Shown here piece by piece: positions 1 through 12,180 of a DNA stretch of 64,000 nucleotides. The first letter of the stretch is position 1. Every line of letters starts with the position of its first letter. The DNA is taken from positions 434,001-498,000 of the forward strand of contig JBDOQK010000001.1 in assembly GCA_040437565.1 (NCBI GenBank), in the 5' to 3' direction. This DNA comes from Albugo candida. Taxonomy: Eukaryota. Both the position numbers and the translations under genes were made by a program. The notes under the pieces are model-generated. The model searched no databases. It worked only from the letters and a program-made list of their open reading frames with translations, and had not been told where the DNA came from.

Positions 1-14
1 GCCCCTGCTGTAAC

Positions 15-206
15 AACCTCCATTGTACATGCATGCATAGTTCTATATAGTCGGAGAACTGGACTAGCCAATCAGATAGGTGAACTAGGATTCTTTGATT
101 AAAATCTCACTTTCCATTTTTAGCAAATAGAGCTCCGCTAGCAAATATCTTCCTTTGCTTCCGCCCCCTTCCTCCTGCCAGCGTTACAACTGGTAGCACT
201 TGTTGG
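15..206 (-). repeat. Diverged ~190-bp direct repeat (second copy ~920-1113); minus strand reads ...GGRGRKQRKIFA(S/G)GALFAKN followed by a possible GTGAG...TAG intron
   Basis: aacctccattgtacatgcatgcatagttctatatag...cccttcctcctgcc(a/g)gcgttaca occurs at both sites with scattered substitutions, so it is not a gap overlap; product unknown. Confidence 0.7.
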
Positions 207-374
207 TCGTTTAACTCAAAGGTCGTTGGTCGTACGGAAGGAGTTTTCCTTACGCACTGTTTAGCGTCACGACATTGGGAAAGCCGCTCACCGAGTGTTT
301 GTCGTTTGTTCCGGTCTGCTTGGTTGGACATTTTTTTGTTTTTTTGGTTATCATGACGTCATTGAACCCTCAAG

Positions 375-752
375 GAACTTCTCAGTTTGCCGGCTACTAC
401 GTAACCCGCCAATTTAGTACAAACAACTCGAAAAACTACTTTCTTCAACTCTTTCCTCTCTAAAACAATGGTCCAAGTCGACATATCGACACAACCAAGG
501 GTGCTAGCGTCCACTTGTAGTGACGTGGCAACCCTCATGAGTCCCCCTGTTTTGGGTGATTGCATGATTGTTGATGAGTCATCACCCCTGTCTGATGACG
601 TGGAAAGTACCCCCACCCCCAGTGTGACGGTACAGGGTAATACCGGTACTACCGGTGCAGGATGCGGTACCGGTGGTACATGCGGCACTGTCGTTGCCTC
701 GTCACAGGGTGACCAAAAGGCAACTGCAACTGTGGACGACACCAAAGGTCCC
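375..752 (+). mobile_element. 5' end of an unclassified repeat family with a low-complexity Thr/Ser/Gly ORF from ATG 468, cut by the gap
   Basis: ctcagtttgccggctactacgtaacccgccaatttagtac...aaaactactttcttcaact recurs in reverse orientation at ~12369-12445. Confidence 0.45.
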
Positions 753-1129
753 NNNNNNNNNNNNNNNNNNNNNNNNNNNNNNNNNNNNNNNNNNNNNNNN
801 NNNNNNNNNNNNNNNNNNNNNNNNNNNNNNNNNNNNNNNNNNNNNNNNNNNNTCATTGGAATGTTCTCATCGCCGATTTCAAGAAGCGACAACGAGAATT
901 CAATTCCGGGAGGATGTACCAACCTCCATTGTACATGCATGCATAGTTCTATATAGTTGGAGAACTGGACTAGCCAATCCTATAGGTGAATCAGGATTCT
1001 TTAATTAAAAACCTCACTTTCCAGTTTTTAGCAAATAGAGCTCCACCAGCAAATATCTTCCTTTGTTTCCTCCCCCTTCCTCCTGCCGGCGTTACACCTG
1101 CTCCTTGCTGTTGGATTCACTTGCCTCAA

Positions 1130-2350
1130 TTCAACATTCTCATCATCCTTTACATTCCTGCGAAGGAGCATCAGGAGGAATACATATGGGTGCTAAATCA
1201 GATCAAAAGTATATATAATGGGCTATCGTCTCCCAAATTCATAATCATAGATCGCGAGCTTGCGCCAGTAAGAGCTGTACAGGAACAGCTAACAAGCAAG
1301 CATCTCTTTTGTCGCTGGCATATTGAAAAAAAATGTACTGGCAAACTGTAAGGGCAAATTTGATACTTCAAAAAAAATTGATGATTTTATGAATGATTGG
1401 TCACACGTAAGTAATGTGTTTCATGAAAAACTCAGATTCTATCAGTCTCTAATTACAAAAATCATTCTTATAGTTGCAGAAAAGCAGAAATCCTTAGCAG
1501 CTCGTGGGAAAAGATGAAATTAAAGTATGAATCAAAGCCAATTTATTGTTGTACCTGAAAGAGACATGGCTTGTGCACAAGGAGCGATTTTTAACAACAT
1601 GGGCAACGTTTTAACCTCGTTTCGAGAATAATAAAACATCGCGAGTTGAAGGAGCACATGCCACAATCAAAAAATGATTAAAGGTGTCAACAATAGATCT
1701 ACGCAATGTAAGAGCCAAGTCGACTAATTGTCTACAACAGCAAGAGAGGGAGTTTCGGAGAGCAGTTGCAGCAACAGAAATTCGAATTTACCATAATATA
1801 AAATGACAGGATATATGATGGTGTAGTGCGTAAGGTGTCAAGGAGGGCTTGGCTGGAAACAGGGCAGGAACTTGCACGCATGCTTTTGAAGCAATATATG
1901 GTCTATCCTGCTGGCACTCACTTAAAAAAAATAGATAATGACCAACCTCTCTTACCGTACGACATCCATCAGGATTGGCACCTTTCTCCAAAAACCGAAT
2001 CAACAGTCTCGGAGGATGCTGAAGAAGATTTAGGCTTGGTATTGAGGAGTTTCGGAAAATTGTGCAGCAACTTGAGACAACTTACCAAGGCTTGAACTTC
2101 AGTAAACAAAAGGAAATGAAGGTCCAACTTATGAAGATGGAAAACCAGAGCTCGAGAGCACTAAACCCCACCTGTGCCTTGGCTTAGCAGCGAGGAAGCA
2201 GGATACAAGCAGCCTTTTCAACATGAGGCTACTATAACAAACGATATCTGTCAGCATTTGAGCATCAGACACAGGGAAAATGTAGGTGTAGCAATTGCGG
2301 AAAAATCGGCGGTAACAAGCGGTCTTGCAGAGTTCCGGTTACAAGCTTAG
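1130..2350 (+). pseudogene. Mutator/MULE transposase remnant (5' truncated, frameshifts and stops)
   Basis: IIIDRELA, HLFCRWHIEKNVLANCK, YLKETWL, TSRVEGAHATIK and a C-terminal CSNCGK..NKRSC knuckle. Confidence 0.9.
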
Positions 2351-2650
2351 ATTAAGGACAAGCTTTAGTAAGAAAATAGACATTTTTCCTTTACAGAATG
2401 TTTTCATAATACATTCTATTTTCGTCGTTAGTGTATAATAACTTTTGCATCTTTACGACGCATTATAGCTCAGCAAAGGGGCAATGACTCGTCTATTAAT
2501 GATAAGTGTTTAGCTCAGTTCAAGGTATCTATATTACTAGATTAGCCTTAGACGTAAATGACTTCTATTGGTTAGAAATGTAAACTTATTTATTTTTCAA
2601 AAAAGTTGTGGGAGTAATAATTCAAGTAGGCATGACGTAATCGACATTAA

Positions 2651-3571
2651 GGGAATTGCTATTCACCGCGTGTCCTTTTCACCAATCAGATTACGGCATT
2701 ATTTCCACCTAAGTTTTTTTTTACTATTTCTACCCACCTTCCTATGATAGGGGCATTTCACTCAAAAGTTTTGATTGGTAGACCCACCCTGGATGCATAT
2801 AATCTGCCATGAAAGGCCTGACACCAGGTGTATTGAAAATCCACTATCCGTGTCGCATCCGTAAGAGATAATGTAGAGTACCTTTTTTCAGTCCAAAGAA
2901 TTCTGCTAGAGCTTTCGCAAACGTGCACTCGATTGCACCACAGGGCAATTCGGAATTCGGGCGATGCATACAAGCAGTATAGCGGTATAGAGATGACAAG
3001 TCCACTGAAAGCAGCTACGTGCAACATCTGGAAAGGATAGCCCATCCCATAATAGTACAGCCGCAGGGCGTATGTTCGCTTGAAAACCGGCATAAAAAGT
3101 TACAAATGTACTTACAAGTTACTTTAAGTTTCTCTCGTGTTACAAGACGTACGGCAAAAGAACGCTGTCGTTATCAGTTCAATTCTCAGACCAGACTGAA
3201 CGTACTTTTAACTTCTAAAGACTTTCTCGCTGGATGTAGTAGATAGACGACATATGATGGCGATCCGTAAATGCGTACTTTACTGTTTGCGAATGACGCG
3301 GTACAACGAAAAGCATGATAAGTTAGCTGATCTAGAATTGAGATTCTAGAAGTGTGCAACTATGACTTCTAATGCCTTTGATCGGCATGCAGGACTGTGA
3401 AACTGTAGCCATACAGTAAAAAGTTGATTGGAAATAGTGCAGTAATTTGATTGGTCAGAAAGTCACGATGTGGGTGGAAATAGCAATTCCATATTAAAAA
3501 AATCTGGGTGGAAATAACGCCATAATCTGATTGGTCAAAAAGTCACGCAGTGGATGGAAATAGCAATTCCC
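2651..3571. mobile_element. Non-autonomous MULE, TIR family A (GGGAATTGCTATT...AATAGCAATTCCC), copy 1; right end appears doubled (3490 and 3571)
   Basis: Inverted termini; interior is the reverse complement of the interior of 17236-18123; same TIR as the transposase-bearing element at 42674-44952. Confidence 0.85.
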
Positions 3572-3702
3572 TAAATCAAAACTAAATATTATTAAAAAAC
3601 GGTGTCGGGATAGCAATACCCATTGTTTATTGTTGCAAAAAAGTTGTGGGAGTAATAATTTGAGCAGGCATGATGTAATTCAAAAGGTATTATGAAAAAA
3701 TA

Positions 3703-5801
3703 GGGAATCGTTATTCAGCCCCCACCTTTTCTTTAATCAGTCCTCAGCCTCCATAACTTGATGGAAAGCCTGGCTTCTGATTAGTTTAAATAAATATAAG
3801 AGAATAAATAAAATAAGGGAGCCGCTAACCAGCCCCCAGCCTTCATAAATTGATAGATTGGTGGCCTCTGATTGGCTTGAACAAATATAACAGAGTAAAT
3901 AAAATAAAATTAGGAGAATCGTCATTCAGCCTTATCCTTCATAAATTAATGGAAATCGGGGTCTCTGATTGGTCTGAATAGATGCAACGGAATAAAATAC
4001 AATAAAATCACACNNNNNNNNNNNNNNNNNNNNNNNNNNNNNNNNNNNNNNNNNNNNNNNNNNNNNNNNNNNNNNNNNNNNNNNNNNNNNNNNNNNNNNN
4101 NNNNNNNNNNNNNAGCCCCCACCTTTTCTTTAATCAGTCCTCAGCCTCCATAACTTGATGGAAAGCCTGGCTTCTGATTAGTTTAAATAAATATAAGAGA
4201 ATAAATAAAATAAGGGAGCCGCTAACCAGCCCCCAGCCTTCATAAATTGATAGATTGGTGGCCTCTGATTGGCTTGAACAAATATAACAGAGTAAATAAA
4301 ATAAAATTAGGAGAATCGTCATTCAGCCTTATCCTTCATAAATTAATGGAAATCGGGGTCTCTGATTGGTCTGAATAGATGCAACGGAATAAAATACAAT
4401 AAAATCACACTTCAACACATCAGACCCAACTTTTAGCAATGCATGCCTCCTTCGCTGCTTCGATGATCTACCGTGAGACAACTTGTTTGATTTACAAGGA
4501 GCGTTTTTTTTGCTATCCTACACAATAAGCGCCATATGGGCATCTACTAACATTTTGGGTGGAGAGCGTCCATGCTGCTCTCAAAAAATGGATCTCTGTG
4601 TCAACAAGTAATTTGTATTTTATGCTAATTGTGCTGGAAAAAGTTACATTTATCTGACAATTCATTTATTTCAGGTGATCTACTCTCAGTGGATTCAGCA
4701 GTTCGCCTTGCTTGCGAAGGCCAGCTTGCTGTCATTGTGCACCGAATGCAAAGCAGCACCAACAGCACCAACAACACCTGCAGCAGCAGATTTAGATATA
4801 GACCTAGCCAATCTTAATATTGTAAAACCGATTCTTAGAACAAATATTCAAATAAGGGTACTCTTTTTAGCCAATCATAACTCGTAATCATAGCTTAGAA
4901 TGCTGTATTTAAGGGTGAGGGATACATAGCGAAAACTGCGGGCTGGTTAGTGGCTCCCTAAAATAAAACCACGGGAATCGTTATTCAGCCCCACTTTCCA
5001 CAGAGTTGTGAATTAAAAATTTGTGGTAAGAAAGTGGATCTCTGTGTATCGTATGCTGGTTGTGCTGCCAACAGTCACATTTCTTTAAAAATCCATTCAT
5101 TGCAGGTGATCTACTCTTGTGTGGATTTAGCAGTTTACCTCGCCTGCATAGGCCAGCTTGCTGTCACTGTGCAGCATATGCAAATGAAGCGAGCTATAGT
5201 CCAAATGCAGCTTCGTTTCATGCTCTTAAAGGTGGTATAAAGATTTTCTGCGCGCAGCTCATCTATAGTACCAGCAGCGGCTTAGTTATAACCGAGAGTT
5301 TCAATTTTTGTAGACTCTGATCAAGTACAAGTAATTGCGACTATTTGCCATTAAGTGCAAGTAACTGAAACTTTAATTTACTATAGGCTTGTTAAAATCC
5401 ACAATGGGCTATCCTCGCGCACATTTGTTTCGTCATAAGTGGTATCACTGTCTGGTAATGATTTTGAACAGCATTGGTGGTTGGTACATCAGCAGCACCA
5501 ACATCACCAACAACACCTGTAGCAGTAGATTTAGAAATAGACCTAGATTAAGAAGTACAAAATCTGCTGAAAGCGAAGTATTTTTCATGATTATTATTTT
5601 TTTCGTTGCAGTTATCAAGACCAATCAGAGGCCACGATTACCATCAATTTATGGAGTGTGGGGGCTGAATGACGATTCCCGTGATTGTATTTTTATTAAT
5701 TCTGTTATATTTATTTAAACCAATCAGAAGCCAGGCTTTCCATCAAGTTATGGAGGCTGAGGACTGATTAAAGAAAAGGTGGGGGCTGCATTACGGTTCC
5801 C
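3703..5801. mobile_element. Non-autonomous MULE, TIR family B (GGGAATCGTTATTCAGCCC...)
   Basis: ~100-bp near-perfect TIRs (from 3703 and 5700-5801); flanks aaaaaata/aaagaata = 8-bp TSD with 1 mismatch; decayed transposase traces inside. Confidence 0.85.
4214..4958. mobile_element. Nested non-autonomous MULE, TIR family C (GGGAGCCGCTAACCAGCCC...GGGCTGGTTAGTGGCTCCC), inside the left TIR of the family B element
   Basis: Inverted termini and perfect 8-bp TSD taaaataa (4206-4213 / 4959-4966); host TIR subrepeat resumes at ~4973. Confidence 0.85.
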
Positions 5802-5854
5802 AAAGAATATACCAGGGGTGTATACCATACGCACGGATATACATATTACACGTT

Positions 5855-6480
5855 TTGATACCAGTGATTGAAAGCGAGGACGAAGAACAGCAAAGTAGCA
5901 GCAGCTTCTTCGAGAACAGGAGTTATGTCAATAAGAGGGATATAATTAAAGCAGTAATTAAGTACAAACGAGAATGTAACCGTCCGTTTCGTGTGGTGTC
6001 AAGTGACAAACAGCGTTATAAGGCAGTGTGCACACAACATGGCTATTACTTCGTTATGCAGTTTTCCTTTTCGCAGACATTTAGCCCTCCAACGAAGTTT
6101 TGTTCGCACTCCTGTGAAGTATCGATTTGTCAAAGGCGTGTCGTAGATATACAACTGCGGAACAAATTGCTTCAAACCCTGCAGCCAAAGATATGGCCAT
6201 AATATCCGGTAGGAAAGTGACTCCCGTGATGATACAAACGAAGGAAGGGATTCTGCCACAAATATGAACTGTGCTCACGCACTCAAAAAGTTGAAGCTTG
6301 AGTTATACGGAAGTGATGTTGAGCAATACAGCCTCATTCCATCCTATATGGCTGCAGTAAACAATCGAGGCCACGAAGCCAAGCTTGAAATCGTAGATGA
6401 TGAATTCATGCGGTTGAGTATCATTTTCCGGGAAGAGCTTTAAGAATATAAGTCATACAGTGAGCGGCGGATATCCGTGT
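5855..6480 (+). pseudogene. MuDRA-type transposase N-terminal fragment
   Basis: NKRDIIKAVIKY..RPFRVVSSDKQRYKAVC...HSC, then LYGSDVEQYSLIPSYM...DDEFMRLSIIF, matching the MuDR DNA-binding region and linker. Confidence 0.75.
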
Positions 6481-8371
6481 ACGAATGCTTTCACTGCCTC
6501 CAACTTGGTGAAATTGTAGAGAAATGGATGAAGGGCACCGATGTGAGACTTTATCATTTTATGACCTATTGCAAAAAAAGGATCAGACCTTTTCGATAGC
6601 GAAGCTGGACAACACACACCCAAGAAGCTGGAGAAGGATATTCTGACATTTGTTGAATTTTACTCGCTTGTCAGATGCCTCACCAGCTTGGATTACATCA
6701 AGCTGGTTTTGAATAGCAATGTTAAGCTGGCCTACCATTTGTTGAAGGTCACCTATCGACATGTGAACAAAGTTTCTGAGGAATGAGTGTCCTCCTTCAG
6801 CTCGAGAGGAAATGGTCTGTACGAGATGAAAATAAATCCGAGTCAATCGCTCCATGAAGTGTTCTTACTATGGTAGCCAAGTTTCGCGCAGATATGTGAT
6901 GCACGTTTTCATGGGATTCCTCAGATTGGGTTTTGAAAGTATCCCACAGATTCTTTTACTCGTTGACTGTAGAACGGTGCAGAATAGTGTTCCAATTCGA
7001 AATGAATTCACTTCAAGCATCCGTGAATGGAAATTGTCTTTTGCAGTTTGCCAAGTTATTCTTATTGATATGCCAGAAACAAAGCAAGTGAGGAATCCCA
7101 GTTAAAACAAATTGCCATGGCATTGATTAATGCCACTTCTCTGTCAGTTACTAGGCAGGCAGGCAGTTTTCCTGATGGAAACGTAATATTCTTGAATTGA
7201 TGAAGCGCCCATATGTAGTCACCAGCCTTTTCTAGTGGGGAAAGGACCATGGCAGTGGAATAGGACTGGTTCAGTGGGAAAGGACCATGACAGCGGAATA
7301 GAACTGGTTCAGTGAGGTCATCCCAACAATATGAAAAAGTGGCATACCGTACCGATTTGTTTCATATGCTTATTTAATCACAAACACAGGATGGTACTTA
7401 TCAACCANNNNNNNNNNNNNNNNNNNNNNNNNNNNNNNNNNNNNNNNNNNNNNNNNNNNNNNNNNNNNNNNNNNNNNNNNNNNNNNNNNNNNNNNNNNNN
7501 NNNNNNNAATGCCACTTCTCTGTCAGTTACTAGGCAGGCAGGCAGTTTTCCTGATGGAAACGTAATATTCTTGAATTGATGAAGCGCCCATATGTAGTCA
7601 CCAGCCTTTTCTAGTGGGGAAAGGACCATGGCAGTGGAATAGGACTGGTTCAGTGGGAAAGGACCATGACAGCGGAATAGAACTGGTTCAGTGAGGTCAT
7701 CCCAACAATATGAAAAAGTGGCATACCGTACCGATTTGTTTCATATGCTTATTTAATCACAAACACAGGATGGTACTTATCAACCAAATATCTTTTTTGC
7801 AACGTGAATGATATAGAGATGGCTTATATGACACGCTTGGTCTGATCTAGAGCTGTGGTGCCATATATCCCCACATTTGAGCTTATCCATCAATATCTTG
7901 AAAGATGTGCGGCCTGCAAGGTACTACTTTCGAATAGAATCTTTTCGGTTGCTGATCCCCTTTGTTATGACCGCAACTTGAGAGCCCTCAGCCGCCATCT
8001 GCCTCAAAACAGTTGCACTTTCTCTTGGTGTGCAGTTGCCCATTGACATTACAGGTATTTGTTGTAGATGCAGCGATGAATATTTTCTGGCACCTGGATG
8101 GCCACTGAGGTCAACAGCAATCTCATGGTTGTGCTCCAAGCGAGCATCATCAAGCAGCTAAACTACTTGTTTTAGACGACCAAGCCAGCGAGCAGTACAA
8201 CCATATTGACGGCTGGAAGATATCCTCTTGCTGATGTCTTCTGTTGATCTCCAATTATTTCTTCAAAGACCACTTAGGTCGCATCCGTGATGAACAGCAG
8301 TGACTTTCGAACAAGCTATTACTATAACGAATCCATTGGATAGTGCATGTAATTTTACTGCCTCATCAATA

Positions 8372-10105
8372 AACTCCGCACCATAAAAATAGGGACACGT
8401 ATTTTTCTTAGAAAAAGATGTGAAAAAAGTGCACTATACATACATTAGATTAAAATAAGCACGGCGGTTTGGAATCTTTACTCAAAGTCAGAATTGGATT
8501 TTTCAATCCACAGTTATGAGCAAAAAAGTGAAAATAGGCCGCGTCAAAATGATAAGGAACACCTGTTATATTGCGCGTTCCTCGACTTTGAACACTGCAT
8601 TTATGCTCTAAGAGTGGTGCTAGTAGTGTGTCTTGAAACCCTTTAGCTCAATGACCTCCAAGNNNNNNNNNNNNNNNNNNNNNNNNNNNNNNNNNNNNNN
8701 NNNNNNNNNNNNNNNNNNNNNNNNNNNNNNNNNNNNNNNNNNNNNNNNNNNNNNNNNNNNNNGCATTTATGCTCTAAGAGTGGTGCTAGTAGTGTGTCTT
8801 GAAACCCTTTAGCTCAATGACCTCCAAGAAGCGATCGCTCATCGATTTCAAGAGCGCATATAGCCGTTCTTGACTGATTTCTGACCACGCTTTCCTGACT
8901 GCCGCTTCAAGCTCGCCAACCGAGTAATATTGGCGCCCGTTACCGTAAACAGAACGCGTAATGTCACCCCAGAGATTCCCTATCGGATTTAGGTCCGGCG
9001 AAAGAGACGGTCACTTCATCACATTGAGTTTGAGGTACTTGAGAAAGGCACTGGTAGATTTAGATGCATGGATACTTGCGTTATCATGCTGAAATTCGTA
9101 GCCATCTTGATGTTCACGATCTGCGAAAGGTAATAGATGGTTAGTTAACGTCCCCTGGTAGTCAAACGAGTTCTGACGACCATTCAATGCGGCCAAGGAT
9201 GTCAACCCTTTTGCGGAGAAACCGCCCCGGACCATGATTCCACCCCCTCCACTTTGGCGGCTATAAAATGTCCTTGCTTCAAGCCGGATATCGTGCCAAT
9301 AATACTTCAACCATCTGGTCCGTCGAGCGTGAACCGCTTCTCGTCTGAAAAGATGGTCCGGTCCCACTCAGTGCAATCCTTGAGCTTCTGTTTGGCCCAT
9401 TCAAGTCGTGCCGTGTGGTGGCGCTTCGTGAGTTTCGGCGTGGGTTTTATTTTCTTGTAGACAAGATAAGGCGCTCGCTGGAGCAAGCGCTGAACGGTCC
9501 TCTTGCTGACCTGTGGGCTCACGGTGTTGGCAATGGCAGCAGCGGACAAATCACCGCTGATTGCGGCATTGATGATGCACCGCACATCACACGGTCCGAG
9601 TTTCGGCTTCCTTTCAGGGCTCTTTTTCACTCCATAGCCATCAGGATTTCTTAGGTAAGCGTGGACGACGTTTGTGGAGCGCCCTAGGCTCGCAGCAATC
9701 ATCCGTAGAGTTTCTTTGTTCGACCTGAGGGCGTCAATTTGCCCTTTCTCGTACTCAGTCAGAGCCGGCTTTCGCCCCATGACTTCGCTTTAAGAAACAC
9801 TAAACTCGACTATGAGCACGCAGAAAACATTCAGAAGAATCCATCCATGTTGACTAAAGGCGAAGATAGTGCCTTGTCTAACTGTGTGGTCGAGTGGCGG
9901 TGGTGTACACTATCAATATGTCGCGCAGGTCTGTGTACCTTCCCGCCAAATTTCCCACTTCCACTTATTCGATCAACACAAACAAAACGCCAAAATGATT
10001 AGCTTAATGTAGGAAAATCTTTTATTCAATTAGTAGTCGAAACAAAGGAAAATTAAGCATAATTCAGAAAATAAACGGTTGTCCCTATATTTATGGCGCG
10101 GAGTG
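8372..10105 (-). mobile_element. Tc1/mariner (Tc3-like) DNA transposon
   Basis: TIRs (a/c)actccgc(a/g)ccataaa(a/t)atagggaca at both ends; TA duplicated at 8370-8371 and 10106-10107. Confidence 0.95.
8786..9780 (-). pseudogene. Tc3-like DD34E transposase, inactivated (frameshift ~9310, TGA at 9011-9013, catalytic E to G)
   Basis: MGRKPALT HTH, IFSDEKRFTLDGPDG, FQHDNASIH, SPDLNPIGNLWG; 34 codons lie between the second D and the E position. Confidence 0.95.
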
Positions 10106-10596
10106 TAACGGTTCGAGAATTGAAGGATGTGTTTTTCACCAAATTCAGAGGTGCAGCATTTGAAAGCAAAATATCGGAACTGGATGCGTGAGAACAGCAA
10201 AAGCGAGAGCGGTGGCCATGGTGCGCGGAGTGGACAGAGTGGACTGGGGAGTGGAATGGGGGGGGGGAAGTTGGGTAGTCGATCGCGTAGTGAATCAGAG
10301 ATTAGAGGTACTTGTAGCTGAGAACATGGCCCCAGTAGTGGTGGACGGAGTGGTTAGGAGACTGGAGGTGTAACAGGAGAGAAAGACTCCTAAATTTACT
10401 TAATTGTAGGTACGAAAGTAGGGCGTATGTTTGTACTTTCTATTTATAGGGATAGATAGAATTCTAAAATTACTTAATTGACGGTACGAAAGTAGGGGTT
10501 ATGTTTGTAATTTTTATTTCTACGGGTAGCAAAAATTGGTTGTGTCCGCAGTAAATCCCTATTATAAAAGAGCAATTCAATGCAATGTTCTCTAGA

Positions 10597-11210
10597 TCAG
10601 AAATTTGATACACAAACAAAAGTCGATGACTTTTCGTAACATACCATCTTGAACCTAAAGTGAAAGGAGAACATGCTCCTGTTATCCATCTCAGCACCTT
10701 TGATTCGGGGCTTCCTCAAATTGAACGCGTGGGCATGTGGCAATTCCGATCCAATTTTTTCGCTAATTTTGATATATTGCTTCACCTTGTTTGCCGGAGA
10801 ACGGTGAGAAATCTGCCCATGTCTCTTATGTGAGTGGCAACTGGTGAGCCTTTTTAGAGGAAATTTGAAACGTGCTGCCGCATAGTCAACGAAACAACTA
10901 GAAGGCATGCAGCAACAAATGCACAGCTCCAGAATAATTTCTAATGGCCGAGAAAGGCGATCATTCAGATTTTGCAGAAAGTCAATAAACTTGCACAATA
11001 CTTGTTTGTGGTTTCTCCACCCTACGTTTAAGCGCGACGGCGAAATAAAAATAGGTGCGAGGGGACAAAATGAAAAATTCGTGGTCATGCATCGTTGAAC
11101 GGCATGAAGATTGAGATCAAGAACACAGAATTCCCATCCTATTATCAACAGGAATTTTACAAATGCAAAGTCAAATGCTGAAATGGAGAACGCATACTGA
11201 TACCAACGAA
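10597..11210 (-). pseudogene. Cys-rich hypothetical ORF or pseudogene, no recognisable domain
   Basis: 183-codon open frame with many Cys and a hydrophobic upstream extension; no clear ATG; divergent from the gene at 11700. Confidence 0.35.
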
Positions 11211-11699
11211 TGACCAGTGTTCTTATGGCGCTTCGTCGCGAAGCATGTTTGGCGCGATGCGTAGGCTATCTTAAATCAAATAGAATACATATTGGAATTG
11301 TTAATCACGGGTGTTCGAATATCTTGTGCGTATAAGAAAAGAAATGATATTCTCGTGAGCGTATTTAGCGCCGGTATTATTGTATTTATTTTGACTTTAT
11401 ATAATAGAGAAGTTTTATTATGTATCTTGCGTTGAAGCAGTAAAATAGATACCTTGGGTCCGCGTCAGCTCAGTTGAAGGTGTCTATATAACTAGAATTA
11501 GACTAACTGACATCTCTAGTTGCCTAGGCTATCTTAAATAACATATATACATATAAAAATGTTTCGTGAAACACCTGGGAGAGATGATAATATGTCTTCT
11601 CTTTGATAATCTCGTATCGCAGTAGACTCAGCACCCTTAATACGAGACTTTGTCCAGCTTGTAGATTCTGTAAAGTTGTAAAGTTGTAAGGTTGTAAAA

Positions 11700-11802
11700 A
11701 TGGTCCAAAAGTACCGTGTGCTGTAAAAGGGTCCAAGAGTACCGTGATTTGTAGAACGGTCCAAACGTACCGTGTGTTTAAAATGATCCGTAGTACCGTG
11801 TT
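11700..11802 (+). repeat. Four tandem ~28-bp copies of the start-codon segment (GGTCCAAAAGTACCGTG), preceded by TTGTAAAG microrepeats
   Basis: ggtccaaaagtaccgtg / ggtccaagagtaccgtg / ggtccaaacgtaccgtg / gatccgtagtaccgtg. Confidence 0.85.
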
Positions 11803-12180
11803 GTGCGCATTGGTGTGCGCCAAACTAGGCGGAACAATGCCATCCAAATCCACCAAATGCTCCTTGCGTTACGAGTTGATCCAGCACCTTTGCAAACCGA
11901 ATGCATTCCTCTTGGTCGTAACACTGTCTTCGAAAGTACCGAACGTGCGCACTAAACGTGGTGTAAATCAGGGAAAGTGCTGGAATTGTCGGAGTTGCTG
12001 ATCGCCGATAGAACAAACGACGATTCCGATCTGTCCAGACGAAGTGCAGTGTCAATGCTTGCAATGCAAGCCATAAATCTGAGATAATATCGAAATAGTC
12101 TTTCCAATCCGACCGTAGGGTTGGTATGATTGCACATGCAATATGCGTTCAACGTGGTCGAGAGGAGAAAAACTGATCCC
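11700..12180 (+). pseudogene. Decayed gene of family C (paralog of 27130-27526 minus)
   Basis: KSTKCSLRYELIQHLCKPNAFLLVVTL aligns with KNATEFSLHCELIQDLF*PNAL.LVVTL, with synonymous differences; both start ATGGTCCAAAAGTACCGTGT. Confidence 0.65.

Larger units (their letters stand above)
6583..10559 (-). mobile_element. Decayed MULE (FAR1-like N-terminus + MULE catalytic domain) interrupted by a Tc1-family element; terminal region with ~70-bp subrepeats ends ...TAAATCCC at 10559
   Basis: HALSNGFVIV..GCDLSG, HNHEI..HPGAR, YETNRYGMPLFHIVG, LVTDREVALINAM, HLLCFWHINKN, SSRAEGGHSFLR. Confidence 0.85.

Noticed and set aside
359-956. ORFs spanning N runs
   Set aside because: Gap length is arbitrary, so frame continuity across Ns is meaningless.
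3737-3925. 62-aa hydrophobic ORF resembling a membrane peptide
   Set aside because: Lies wholly in AT-rich MULE TIR sequence; chance ORF.
3716-4410. Apparent tandem duplications with identical ORFs across gaps (also 7128-7787, 8598-8827, 30488-31198, 32539-32975, 36187-36418, 46295-46663, 53455-54910, 56781-57817, 59700-60367)
   Set aside because: Identical copies abut 100-N gaps: unmerged contig overlaps, not biological duplications.
11700-11802. CRISPR-like repeat-spacer pattern
   Set aside because: Units are ~28 bp with ~10-bp related spacers, derive from a gene start, and there are no cas genes; the context is eukaryotic.
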